From Acidimicrobiia bacterium (GTDB lineage Bacteria; Actinomycetota; Acidimicrobiia; Spongiisociales; ZC4RG35), in contig CBDBCY010000004.1 of assembly GCA_965203555.1 (NCBI GenBank), positions 1,824,001-1,888,000 of the forward strand: a DNA stretch of 64,000 bases. Direction: 5' to 3'. This document shows, in pieces, positions 41,020 through 50,844 of the stretch. Positions within the stretch are counted from its first letter, which is position 1. The number at the start of each line of letters is the position of its first letter. Position numbers and translations under genes: made by a program. A model generated the notes under the pieces. It was given only the letters and a program-made list of their open reading frames with translations, was not told where the DNA came from and ran no database searches.

Positions 41020-42371
41020 CAACCGTAGACCTCGCCTCCGGCCGCATCCGTCCCCGGGACCGAGACGCGGTCATCCAGTCGTTGCGCGCCGGGGTCGTAC
41101 CCCGGGTCGGCCAGCAGCACATCCAGGTGGGGCGCGCCGATGAGGTAGTCGCGCTCCTCGGCGACATCCACCGGATAGCCGACGGAGGTTCGGCTATCCG
41201 GTTGGTGATCGGTGAGTACGGGGCCGGTAAGTCCTTCTTCCTGAACCTGGTGCGTTCCATCGCGCTCGAGCGCAAGCTCGTCACCGTTCACGCCGACCTG
41301 TCACCCGAGCGACGCCTCTACGCCACCGGCGGCCAGGCCCGAGGTCTGTACGCCGAGTTGATGCGCAACCTGTCGACGCGGGCGAAACCGGAGGGCGGCG
41401 CCATGCCGTCGGTGGTGGAACGCTTCATCACCGCCGGCCTGGGCGAGGCTCGCTCCCGTAACGTCGACCCGGAGACCGTGATCCGCGAACGGCTCGCCGA
41501 GCTCCAGGAGCTGGTCGGCGGATACGACTTCGCCGAAGTGATCGCCGCCTACTGGCGCGCACATGACACCGGCCAAGAACAGTTGCGCTCCGATGTGGTG
41601 CGCTGGCTCCGCGGCGAATTCTCGACCCGCACCGACTCCCGGAAGGCGCTCGGGGTGCGCACCATCATCGATGATCGCAGCTTCTACGACCATTTGAAGC
41701 TGTTCGCCCGGTTCGTCCGTCTCGCCGGGTTCTCCGGTCTCCTGGTCTGCCTGGACGAGATGGTGAACCTCTACAAGATGTCGCACACCCGGGCCCGAAA
41801 CTCCAACTACGAACAGGTGCTGCGCATCCTCAACGACTGCTTGCAGGGTTCGGCCGCCGGACTCGGGTTCGTGTTCGGCGGCACCCCCGACATGCTGTTC
41901 GACACCCGGCGCGGCCTCTACTCGTACCCGGCGCTGCGTTCGCGCCTGGCCGAGAACTCCTTCACGCGCCAGGGGCTGGTGGACTTCTCCGGACCGGTGC
42001 TGCGGCTGGCCAACCTGTCTCCCGAGGACATGTTCGTGCTGCTGACCAAAATCCGGCATGTCTTCGCGAGCGGCGACCCTGATGCCCACCTGGTGCCCGA
42101 CGAGGCGTTGACCGCGTTCATGAACCACTGCGCGGCCCGGGTCGGTGACGCCTACTTCCGCACGCCGCGCACCACGATCAAGGAGTTCGTGGACCTCCTC
42201 TCGGTCCTTGACCAGAACCCCGGCGTGGAATGGTCCGATCTGATCGACCGGGTCAAGATCGAGCCGGAGACCAATCCGGATCTGTTGCCAATGGGAAGCG
42301 GCGCCGGACCCCCGCAGCCCAATCCGGAAGCGGCGGCCGGTGATGACAACCTCAGCCATTTCCGTCTCTGA
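41016..42371 (+). CDS. sngB: DUF2791 P-loop ATPase (Shango SngB-like)
   Basis: IQSLRAGVVP..G...IQVGR, GEYGAGKS, CLDEMVNL, ALRSRLAEN. Confidence 0.9.
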   Translation: MTTVDLASGRIRPRDRDAVIQSLRAGVVPRVGQQHIQVGRADEVVALLGDIHRIADGGSAIRLVIGEYGAGKSFFLNLVRSIALERKLVTVHADLSPERRLYATGGQARGLYAELMRNLSTRAKPEGGAMPSVVERFITAGLGEARSRNVDPETVIRERLAELQELVGGYDFAEVIAAYWRAHDTGQEQLRSDVVRWLRGEFSTRTDSRKALGVRTIIDDRSFYDHLKLFARFVRLAGFSGLLVCLDEMVNLYKMSHTRARNSNYEQVLRILNDCLQGSAAGLGFVFGGTPDMLFDTRRGLYSYPALRSRLAENSFTRQGLVDFSGPVLRLANLSPEDMFVLLTKIRHVFASGDPDAHLVPDEALTAFMNHCAARVGDAYFRTPRTTIKEFVDLLSVLDQNPGVEWSDLIDRVKIEPETNPDLLPMGSGAGPPQPNPEAAAGDDNLSHFRL

Positions 42372-44691
42372 AGCCGCCGCCGACCCCTCTGCGGCGTTCA
42401 CCCGGTTGCACCCGCGGATACAGCGCTGGATATACGACCAGGGATGGACCTCGCTGCACGACGCGCAGGAGCGCGCCATCGGTCCGATCCTGGACGGCGA
42501 TCGCGATGTGATCATCGCCGCGGCGACCGCCGCCGGGAAGACCGAGGCCGCTTTCCTGCCAGTCCTTTCGAACCTGGCGGACGCCATCGACCGGATTTCG
42601 CCCGTTCAGCAGGCCCCGTGGACGGACTACGACCCGTGGGCGGAACCGGCGACCGGAAGACCCGTGGGGGTGCAGGTGCTGTACGTGTCGCCGATGAAGG
42701 CGCTGATCAACGATCAACACGGACGCCTCGCCCAGATGTGCGAACGGGTGGATATCCCCGTGCATCGCTGGCATGGAGACGTCTCGGCGGCGGCGAAACA
42801 GAAGCTGGTGGCCGACCCGGGCGGCGTGCTGCTGATAACCCCCGAGTCCTTGGAGGCCCTTTTCGTCAACCGGGGGCCGCTCGCGCCTCGCCTGTTCGCC
42901 GGGTTGGACTACATCGTGATCGATGAGCTCCACTCCTTTCTGGCCACGCAACGGGGCGTCCAGTTGCAATCGCTGATGAACCGAGTCGAACTGGCGATCC
43001 GCCGGAGACCGCCCCGTATCGGACTGTCGGCCACCCTCGGCGACATGGCGCAGGCCGCCGCCTTCCTCCGCCCGACCGACCCGGAGCAGGTCTTGGTGGT
43101 CGAGTCGAGGTCCGACGGCAGGGAGTTGATGCTCCAACTGCGCGGCTATGTCGCCGACTGGCCGACGGCCGGCGTGGAGGACGGGAGGGAACGGACCGTC
43201 GACCCTGCGCCGGTCGACTCGGCGGGACACGCGCAGGAGATCGCCGCGCACTTGTTCCGACATCTGCGCGGCAATGACAACCTGGTGTTCGCCAACACAC
43301 GCAACCATGTGGAGACCTACGCCGACCTGCTCGCTCGTCGCAGCGACCGGGAGCGGGTCCCCAACGAGTTCTGGCCCCACCACGGGAACCTGTCCAAGGG
43401 TTTGCGCGAAACCATCGAGACCAATCTGAAAGACCGCACCCGACCGGCCACGGCGGTGAGCACGTCCACACTCGAGCTGGGAATCGACATAGGATCGGTT
43501 GCGAGCGTGGCCCAGATCGGACCACCGCCTTCGGTCGCATCCCTGTGGCAGAGGCTGGGCAGATCGGGTCGCCGCCATGATCCCGCCGTACTGCGACTGT
43601 ACGTGACCGAACCGCCCCTCGACGAGCGGTCCTCTCCCGTTGACAGGCTGCGCTGCAACCTCGTGCAGACCACCGCCATGGTGCGCCTCATGCTCGGGCA
43701 GTGGCTCGAAACCGCCGACGATCCCGGATTCAACTACTCGACGCTGGTCCAGCAGATCATGTCGGTGATCGCGCAGCACGGCGGCGCCACCGCCGCCGAC
43801 CTGTACGGAGCGCTGTGCGGACCCGGTCCGTTCCGGCTCGTGGACCAGGGGAGGTTCGCTCGGCTCCTCCGCGCCATGGCGTCCCACGACCTCCTGATCC
43901 AGGCTTCCGACGGCCTGCTGTTGTTCGGGACGGCCGGGGAACGTCAGGTCAATCACTACCGCTTCTACGCCGCATTCCACACCGCCGACGAGTGGCGGGT
44001 CGTGAACCGCGGCCAGACCCTCGGCACGCTCCCCATCTACCAGCCCCTTCGTCAAGGCGTGTTGCTGATCTTCGGCGGGAAACGTTGGGAGGTCACCCGT
44101 GTCGACCGGTCGGCGCGCGTCGTGGAGTTGGAAAGGTCAGCGGGCGGCGTACCACACTTTTCCGGCGGCCACGGACCTGCCGTGTCGGACCGGGTCCGGG
44201 CGGAGATGGCAGCCGTGTACCGATCCAGCGACATCCCGGCATGGCTCGATCCGGTAGCGCAGCGGCTTCTCTCCGAGGGCAGAGCAGCGTACCGCCGACT
44301 CCGGCTGGCCGATACCACGGTGGTCACCGACGAATCGGGGGTGTTGCTGTTCCCCTGGGCCGGTGACCGCGCTCTCTACACCGCCGTGATGGCGTTGATC
44401 GACCAAGGCGTCGAAGCCAGCGTAGAGGGTCCCGCCATCCGGATTGTCAAGACCGGCGCCAATGAGACCTCGGCCACAATCGCCCATCTCCTCGCCAACC
44501 CTCCCCCGGCGCCTGAGGCCCTGGCGGCAGTCGTCGAGAACCGCGAGATCGACAAGTGGGACCGGGTGCTCGACGAGACTTTGGCCTGCGAGTCCGCGGG
44601 CGCCCGACTTTTCGACATCGACGGCGCCTGGGCGCTCTTCGCCCGGGTTGCGCCGGACCTGGCCGAAACCCCGAAGCAAAATCCGTGCTGA
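42340..44691 (+). CDS. sngC: Lhr-like DEAD/DEAH helicase (Shango SngC-like)
   Basis: ATAAGKTEAAF, DELH, LSAT, TSTLELGID, QRLGRSGR. Confidence 0.9.
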   Translation: MMTTSAISVSEAAADPSAAFTRLHPRIQRWIYDQGWTSLHDAQERAIGPILDGDRDVIIAAATAAGKTEAAFLPVLSNLADAIDRISPVQQAPWTDYDPWAEPATGRPVGVQVLYVSPMKALINDQHGRLAQMCERVDIPVHRWHGDVSAAAKQKLVADPGGVLLITPESLEALFVNRGPLAPRLFAGLDYIVIDELHSFLATQRGVQLQSLMNRVELAIRRRPPRIGLSATLGDMAQAAAFLRPTDPEQVLVVESRSDGRELMLQLRGYVADWPTAGVEDGRERTVDPAPVDSAGHAQEIAAHLFRHLRGNDNLVFANTRNHVETYADLLARRSDRERVPNEFWPHHGNLSKGLRETIETNLKDRTRPATAVSTSTLELGIDIGSVASVAQIGPPPSVASLWQRLGRSGRRHDPAVLRLYVTEPPLDERSSPVDRLRCNLVQTTAMVRLMLGQWLETADDPGFNYSTLVQQIMSVIAQHGGATAADLYGALCGPGPFRLVDQGRFARLLRAMASHDLLIQASDGLLLFGTAGERQVNHYRFYAAFHTADEWRVVNRGQTLGTLPIYQPLRQGVLLIFGGKRWEVTRVDRSARVVELERSAGGVPHFSGGHGPAVSDRVRAEMAAVYRSSDIPAWLDPVAQRLLSEGRAAYRRLRLADTTVVTDESGVLLFPWAGDRALYTAVMALIDQGVEASVEGPAIRIVKTGANETSATIAHLLANPPPAPEALAAVVENREIDKWDRVLDETLACESAGARLFDIDGAWALFARVAPDLAETPKQNPC

Positions 44692-44775
44692 TGGAAATGC
44701 CCCGTTGACAATAGGTATGTTTATTGTGGTAGCCCGACATCATTGGGAAAGGGGCTGTACGTGAGGGAGATCACC

Positions 44776-44955
44776 ATGACCACCACCCCGTGCAACCAAG
44801 TGACCACCGTGCGCCTCGCCGCAGCGCCCTTCAGTCTGGAATCGGTCCACGGATCCGTCACACCCGCCCGGACCCCCGAGGACTTCAAGAATATCTCCCG
44901 CCACGCCAAAGAGTCCAAGGCCGCCGACACCATGCAGAAACTCCGTGAGACATGA
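44776..44955 (+). pseudogene. Small ORF resembling the C-terminal half of an AbrB-type antitoxin
   Basis: VRLAAAPFSLESVHGSV.P...PEDF; GGGAG RBS and TTGACA upstream; no toxin follows. Confidence 0.35.
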
Positions 44956-44994
44956 TGTCAACAAAACCGTGTCCAACACCACAGTCGTCGGCGC

Positions 44995-46491
44995 CTATCC
45001 CTCGTCCGCCGGAGAGCCCAAGCGGGTGGCCAAAGCCTGATCGTATTGCCGTCCCACCACCAGGAGGAACAGGTCCAGCGGCAACTCTCCGATCCCGTCG
45101 GTGGTCTCCCGGGGGCTCAGGGAAATCGGGTCGTGGGCCACCACCAGGTAGCAATGCCCCCGGAAGCGGGGATGCTGCTCCATGAAAGAGAGCAAACCAG
45201 CCCGACTGTGTCTCCTGGACAGCGCTATCTCGAAGGCCACCGGCTGACGGGGATCATCGTAGATCAGGTCTACTTCTCGGTTCCTGTGTCTCCAGTAAAA
45301 GACCCGCACCCTCTCCTGTCGGCCCAGGGCGTGTAGATGCGAGGCTGCCAGATTCTCGACCAGTTGACCCTGTACGCTGCCTGGTTCCTCCCCATAGGAG
45401 GGACGCTGCAGGATGGCGCTGCGCAGAGCGGGATCAACCAGATAGTACTTCCGGCCCCGACGCTGCGTGGCCCGCTCCCCGCTCCAATAACCCGGTAGGG
45501 GAAATACCATGTACGCCCATTCCAGGTAGGACAGATACGAGTCCACAGTCGGTGCGCTGATCGCCAGGCTCCGAGCGAGGTTCTGAGGCGACGCCAGCCC
45601 TCCCGGCCGGTCGGCCAGGAGATAGGCCAACTTTTCCACCACCAACGGACGCGCAACAGCGGCCCATTGCTGAATATCCCGATAGATCACTCTCTCCACC
45701 GCATCGGAACGCAGCTTCTCCATCAGATCAGCCAAAGATGCCTGCCCTGCCGGCATGCTCGGAAGTCCTGGCCATTGCTTTGCTCCCTCCCGCGCCAACA
45801 ACAGTTCTGGATACCCTCCCACCGCCAGCAGCCGATCTCGGATTCGGGAAACATGTGACGGAAGGGCGACCATCAGGTTCTCCTCCAAGGTCTGGGACAA
45901 CTGCGGGCCGGGATCGACAGAGAAGGAGAACCTCAGGAGACGGAGAGCCTCGCTCAATAGGCAGGGTCCCAGATAGAACTCGTCCCATCTGCCCACCCCG
46001 CTCTCCAACCGGCCCTGCCGCAATGCGGATGCCGCACTCGAACTGGCCGTGAGCTTGATAGGCAGTCCCTGATCGTAAAACTGTTTGAACCACAGGTCCC
46101 AGCGGTCGGCGTATACGAGTTCGTCAAGGAACCAGAACACCGGCTTGTCATGAGTGGCGCCGGATCGAGATATCACAAACTGGGCCAACTCCTCCAGGTC
46201 TTGCAGCGCAAGTCGGGGATGATCGAGGGATACCCACCAAATCCGGTGGGCGGGAATTCCGTTGTCGAGCAGGCGTCGCACCGTTTGGTACATAGTTACC
46301 GTCTTGCCCGTACGTCGCGGTCCGAGGATTATCAGAAATCGATGCAGATAGTCGCCCAGAAGCCGCATCCACAGCCATCGCGCCATGGGACGCTCCTTCA
46401 ACGGCTTGAACCGCTCCGGAATGTCGCTCGTGCTGTGCCAAGGATTCTGGTGGGTTAGCGTCGATATAACTTGCGGGTCCAGCATAACCAA
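44995..46491 (-). CDS. AAA_14 / DUF4143 ATPase
   Basis: NPW, Walker A GPRRTGKT, Walker B WFLDEL, GGYPE, KYYLVDP, EVDLI. Confidence 0.9.
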   Translation of the reverse strand: MVMLDPQVISTLTHQNPWHSTSDIPERFKPLKERPMARWLWMRLLGDYLHRFLIILGPRRTGKTVTMYQTVRRLLDNGIPAHRIWWVSLDHPRLALQDLEELAQFVISRSGATHDKPVFWFLDELVYADRWDLWFKQFYDQGLPIKLTASSSAASALRQGRLESGVGRWDEFYLGPCLLSEALRLLRFSFSVDPGPQLSQTLEENLMVALPSHVSRIRDRLLAVGGYPELLLAREGAKQWPGLPSMPAGQASLADLMEKLRSDAVERVIYRDIQQWAAVARPLVVEKLAYLLADRPGGLASPQNLARSLAISAPTVDSYLSYLEWAYMVFPLPGYWSGERATQRRGRKYYLVDPALRSAILQRPSYGEEPGSVQGQLVENLAASHLHALGRQERVRVFYWRHRNREVDLIYDDPRQPVAFEIALSRRHSRAGLLSFMEQHPRFRGHCYLVVAHDPISLSPRETTDGIGELPLDLFLLVVGRQYDQALATRLGSPADEG

Positions 46492-46749
46492 ATGACTCGA
46501 CTGGCTTTGGCTTATATGCTATTCTAAGCAAAACTGCTTTGGCTTAGAACCCCTGTTAAGAAAAGTACGGCCAGAATTCCTTTTCCGTTGTGCAACTGCC
46601 CGCGATGAGATGGCCACGCCGATACCGAACCAATACCACAGATTTGTGAAGGCCTTCTCTGAAGAAACGCCACCCACCTCACCGATCACCGCTATCACCA
46701 GATCCGCCGGTTGACGGCGGGTAAGGTTCATTCTCAACCCCTCGGGCTG

Positions 46750-49683
46750 TCAGGACTGTGGCCGGTTGGCCAAGGCGCGGGCTATGAAGGAGGCCATCTG
46801 GTCGCGCCGCACCGGATCATGGGGACAGTAGGCGGGGGGATCGGCCGAGCAACCCCTGGTGACATCGGCCGCCAACAGACCTTCGACCGCTCCCGCGTAC
46901 CACTGGTCGGCGGGTACATCTGCAAAAGCTCCCCGCGGTGTCACCTCGTCTATGAAATCGAAACCCCGAGCCATCCACACCGCCATCTCCAGACGGGTCA
47001 GCGCGTCATCGGGACGAAAGGCGGTCTCTTCTTCAACGCGGACGATGCCAAGATCGGCAAGACGCTCGACATATCCCAGGTACCAGACACCCGGAGAAAC
47101 ATCGGAGAATCGGCTGGTGACAGCTGCGTCATCGATTGTTTCATCCAGCGCCCTCATCAGAAAGGCAGCCATTTGCGCACGCGTCACGGGTTGGGACGGA
47201 CAGTACGAGTTGCCGCCGCAGCCCACCGTGATACCCAGATCGGCAATGATCTCGATGTTCTTTTCATGAATGTTGCCGTCATCATCGGCAAACCTTCCCG
47301 TGTGCTCCTCCTCGGCGGATCCATCCGTGACCTCGACCACAAAATCGTCACCGATCCGTTCCACCACCGTGACCGTTATTCCTTGCCATGTATAACCATC
47401 CCCCACCTCCATCACATGCGAAACAGTATCCTCCAAGTCAATCGGGACTGTCCCGGCAGCAGCAACGACAGCTTGCGTCGGCCGTTCTGTGCCGAAGCAG
47501 GCTTCGTAGTCTGGGTAATAGAAACATCTAGGTGGTTGCTGGTCTACAAAATACGATTCGACCCCTTCTTTGGGAATCCCCGCATCGAACCCCTTCTTGA
47601 CCCGTGCGCCCAGCGCGATAAAGCCGCTCTGATCCGACCTCAGCACCAGCATCTGAGTACCACCAGCACCCAACGGACCAAGCGTGTACCGCGACCTGCC
47701 GCTCTCATATATCTCCACCTCCGACGGATCCATCCAACCGGCTGCATATCTGTTGATCGCGACAGTACCCACCTGGAGACCCGGCACGGCATCGCTGTCG
47801 CCCATAACATCCATCGGATGGTCATATGGGGAGAAGCGATAAGAGTGCGGAAAACCTATCGCATGTCCCATCTCATGAGCAACCGTAGACAAAACCGGCA
47901 ATGGAGAATCCGAAAAGACTCCTGGTGGCAAGCTGCCAGGCTCAGCCACTGCTTGACCACCGATATACAGATCGCGCCTGTTATCCGGATAAGTGGTATC
48001 AAAGCTCAGGCGTACTTGAACAGGAGAAGAAAAGCCTATTGCTCCTATGCCCCCAAAACTTGCCGTTGTAACTTTGTTGACGATCAGTATTGCGCCCTCT
48101 GCTCTGTCCTTGGGATTTATACGTTGCGAGGCTTCATTTACAGGGCCTGTGCAACCTCCCCAATTATCAAAAGCCGCCGCCTCTATCACCCCGCCTGCCC
48201 GAAACGATGGTCGGTAACGGCCCCTTGATAGCCATTTGAAATACGGGACCATCTCAGCCTGCAACAGGTCTATCGTTTCCTCCAAGGAGATGTCGAGAGT
48301 ACCCTCTGGTACCTCGCAAATCCACACATCCCAAAGATCCTCATCCAAACTGTAGTGAGTAGTCACATTGAACCCGGCGATCAAACCCAAAGGATCGTCT
48401 GTATACAGTTCCTCTTTCCGTTCACTGGTATGTCTCTCTTTATTGTCGTCGTCGGCAAAGCGGTTCGAGGAAGGCTGATCGTCCACCTCTACCACAAAAG
48501 CATCACCGATCCGTTCCACCACCGTGACCGTTATTCCTTGCCATGTATAACCATCCCCCACCTCCATCACATGCGAAACAGTATCCTCCAAGTCAATCGG
48601 GACTGCCCCGGTAGCAGCAACAACAGCTTGCGTCAACCTTGACGATGGAAGGCAGGCTTTATAGAAAAAGATCCCGCAGGATTGTTGGTCTACAAAATAC
48701 GATTCGACCCCTTCTTTGGGAATCCCCGCATCGAACCCCTTCTTGACCCGTGCGCCCAGCGCGATAAAGCCGCTCTGATCCGACCTCAGCACCAGCATCT
48801 GAGTACCACCAGCACCCAACGGACCAAGCGTGTACCGCGACCTGCCGCTCTCATATATCTCCACCTCCGACGGATCCATCCAACCGGCTGCATATCTGTT
48901 GATCGCGACAGTACCCACCTGGAGACCCGGCACGGCATCGCTGTCGCCCATAACATCCATCGGATGGTCATATGGGGAGAAGCGATAAGAGTGCGGAAAA
49001 CCTATCGCATGTCCCATCTCATGAGCAACCGTAGACAAAACCGGCAACGGTGTCCTCAGCACAATATTAGGAAGACTGCCGGGTTTGGCCACCGAGGCGC
49101 CACTCAGTGATAACTCGCGGCCGTTTCTCGGGTAAGTGGTGACACCATCCAGCCCCGCTTTCAACTTGACCGAAGAAACGTTGTCTATAAACCCTATGCT
49201 GCCAGTGCTGTTGGATATGAATTTATTGACAATAACAATGGCGCCTTCAGGCCTCTCCGCTGATTCTATATTTTCCGAAGCCTCGGATACCGGTTCGCTA
49301 CAACCTCTCCCATAGTCGTAAGACACCGCCTCTACTACCCCACCCACCCGGAAGGATGGGCGATAACGACCCTTTGAAATCCAACTGAAATAAGGGACCA
49401 CCTCTGCTCTCAACAGTTCCACCGTCTCCTCTGGAGAAATAGCCAAAGTACCCTCTGGAAGCTCGCAAATCCACACATCCCAAAGATCCTCACCCAAACT
49501 GTAATGAGTAGTCACATTGAAAGCAGTGATCAACCCCAAGGGATCATCTTCATACAACTCGTCATTTCGTTCGGCCGCCGCTGCTGCCGACGATGGCGCA
49601 AGCAACAAGATGGCTAAGCCAGCAAACAGCACCGCAGACATTATCAGATTCACCGGGGGTCGGCCAGCGGGAATCCGCCACAT
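46750..49683 (-). CDS. Secreted SLH-anchored protein with two tandem metzincin-like metalloprotease domains
   Basis: HEMGHAIGFPH and PMDVMG twice; C-terminal SLH repeats; signal peptide; start uncertain. Confidence 0.85.
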   Translation of the reverse strand: MWRIPAGRPPVNLIMSAVLFAGLAILLLAPSSAAAAAERNDELYEDDPLGLITAFNVTTHYSLGEDLWDVWICELPEGTLAISPEETVELLRAEVVPYFSWISKGRYRPSFRVGGVVEAVSYDYGRGCSEPVSEASENIESAERPEGAIVIVNKFISNSTGSIGFIDNVSSVKLKAGLDGVTTYPRNGRELSLSGASVAKPGSLPNIVLRTPLPVLSTVAHEMGHAIGFPHSYRFSPYDHPMDVMGDSDAVPGLQVGTVAINRYAAGWMDPSEVEIYESGRSRYTLGPLGAGGTQMLVLRSDQSGFIALGARVKKGFDAGIPKEGVESYFVDQQSCGIFFYKACLPSSRLTQAVVAATGAVPIDLEDTVSHVMEVGDGYTWQGITVTVVERIGDAFVVEVDDQPSSNRFADDDNKERHTSERKEELYTDDPLGLIAGFNVTTHYSLDEDLWDVWICEVPEGTLDISLEETIDLLQAEMVPYFKWLSRGRYRPSFRAGGVIEAAAFDNWGGCTGPVNEASQRINPKDRAEGAILIVNKVTTASFGGIGAIGFSSPVQVRLSFDTTYPDNRRDLYIGGQAVAEPGSLPPGVFSDSPLPVLSTVAHEMGHAIGFPHSYRFSPYDHPMDVMGDSDAVPGLQVGTVAINRYAAGWMDPSEVEIYESGRSRYTLGPLGAGGTQMLVLRSDQSGFIALGARVKKGFDAGIPKEGVESYFVDQQPPRCFYYPDYEACFGTERPTQAVVAAAGTVPIDLEDTVSHVMEVGDGYTWQGITVTVVERIGDDFVVEVTDGSAEEEHTGRFADDDGNIHEKNIEIIADLGITVGCGGNSYCPSQPVTRAQMAAFLMRALDETIDDAAVTSRFSDVSPGVWYLGYVERLADLGIVRVEEETAFRPDDALTRLEMAVWMARGFDFIDEVTPRGAFADVPADQWYAGAVEGLLAADVTRGCSADPPAYCPHDPVRRDQMASFIARALANRPQS
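47348..49047. repeat. Intragenic duplication with identical blocks
   Basis: 47540-47901 = 48686-49047 (362 bp) and 47348-47450 = 48503-48605 (103 bp). Confidence 0.92.
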
Positions 49684-49843
49684 TGATGCCTCGTCGGGAG
49701 GAACGGTTGGAATCACCCCCCTTGTGGATGGCCTGTCACGATCGGAACTGCCAGGGTTTTTCATCACTCGGCAGTCTACAAAGGCGGATATCCAGAAAGG
49801 GGCCGTCCCGCAGGGCAAGGCGGATCGCCACGGATCTAGATAT

Positions 49844-50758
49844 TCATCCGGCGATGGACATAACCAAGCCGACCGCAACCAGGCCTACCCCTGTCCATTG
49901 CAGGCGGTGGAGGCGTTCCTGGAAGAACATAACACCACCTATTACTGCGATGACCCTCCCGCTCTGGGAGAGTATCCCGATCAGCCAGGCGGGAGCATAG
50001 GCCAGACCGTATCCGAAGGTAACGAAGGAAACGGCGTCGATGATTCCCACCAGCCCCAGCAGCCACCCGTTTCGCCAGGTGACCTTCGACTCCCCGGCCT
50101 CCCACTCCTGTAACCGGGAAGACTCTCGTTTCTGAAGCCGGTGTTGGGTTATACGGGAGATGATCACATACACCGCAAAGACATAGATCACCGTATAGAA
50201 GCGCTGGGTGATGATGGTCCAGTTCGAGTCGAGTCCGTCACGGATGGGAATCTTCAGGCCGGCGTTGGACAGCGACCCCACCAGCACCGCAATCATGGCA
50301 AAGACCGGACCCCAGGTAACCAGGCGTATCTTGGCCCCCCGCTCGATTACCAGCGAAGCAAGCACCGCCCCCAAGGCGGCGATAGGAATCCCGATCCATT
50401 GCACGGTGCTCGGCCGCTCGGCAAGCAACCAGTACGAGTAAAGCACGGTGATGGCCCCGGAAAGAGCGCTAATGGGACTGACCACCGACACGGGACCCAG
50501 TCGAAGAGCCATGTAGCTTCCCAGAAAAGAGCCGCCCGCCGCAGCACCCAGCAACCCCAGGAAGATGATCTGGTCGGTGGTGATCTCGAACGGAACGCCG
50601 ATGATCACCGCAAAGGCGATCATCACCACAAAGGCGATCGTGAGAGTGATGGTCGTGGACCGCAACACTCCGAAGCGGCGGGCCACCACCGCCGTCAATA
50701 GGTTGTTTACACCTAGCGTCACCGCCGTAATCAGCCCGAAGATGACACCGGTCACCAT
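49844..50758 (-). CDS. EamA/DMT-family transporter
   Basis: ~10 TM helices, GPVSVVSPI, ERP...QW.G duplicated. Confidence 0.88.
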   Translation of the reverse strand: MVTGVIFGLITAVTLGVNNLLTAVVARRFGVLRSTTITLTIAFVVMIAFAVIIGVPFEITTDQIIFLGLLGAAAGGSFLGSYMALRLGPVSVVSPISALSGAITVLYSYWLLAERPSTVQWIGIPIAALGAVLASLVIERGAKIRLVTWGPVFAMIAVLVGSLSNAGLKIPIRDGLDSNWTIITQRFYTVIYVFAVYVIISRITQHRLQKRESSRLQEWEAGESKVTWRNGWLLGLVGIIDAVSFVTFGYGLAYAPAWLIGILSQSGRVIAVIGGVMFFQERLHRLQWTGVGLVAVGLVMSIAG

Positions 50759-50844
50759 AGTGCTATCCGTTCCATGTAGACAAACACCGGAAAGCCCGTC
50801 GGCATTGACAGGCACCTTCCTCTCAAACAGAATCCGGCTACGCC

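Noticed and set aside
47348-49047. Duplication as a DGR template/variable repeat pair
   Set aside because: No reverse transcriptase in the window; differences include an indel and are not adenine-specific; both copies are in frame in one gene
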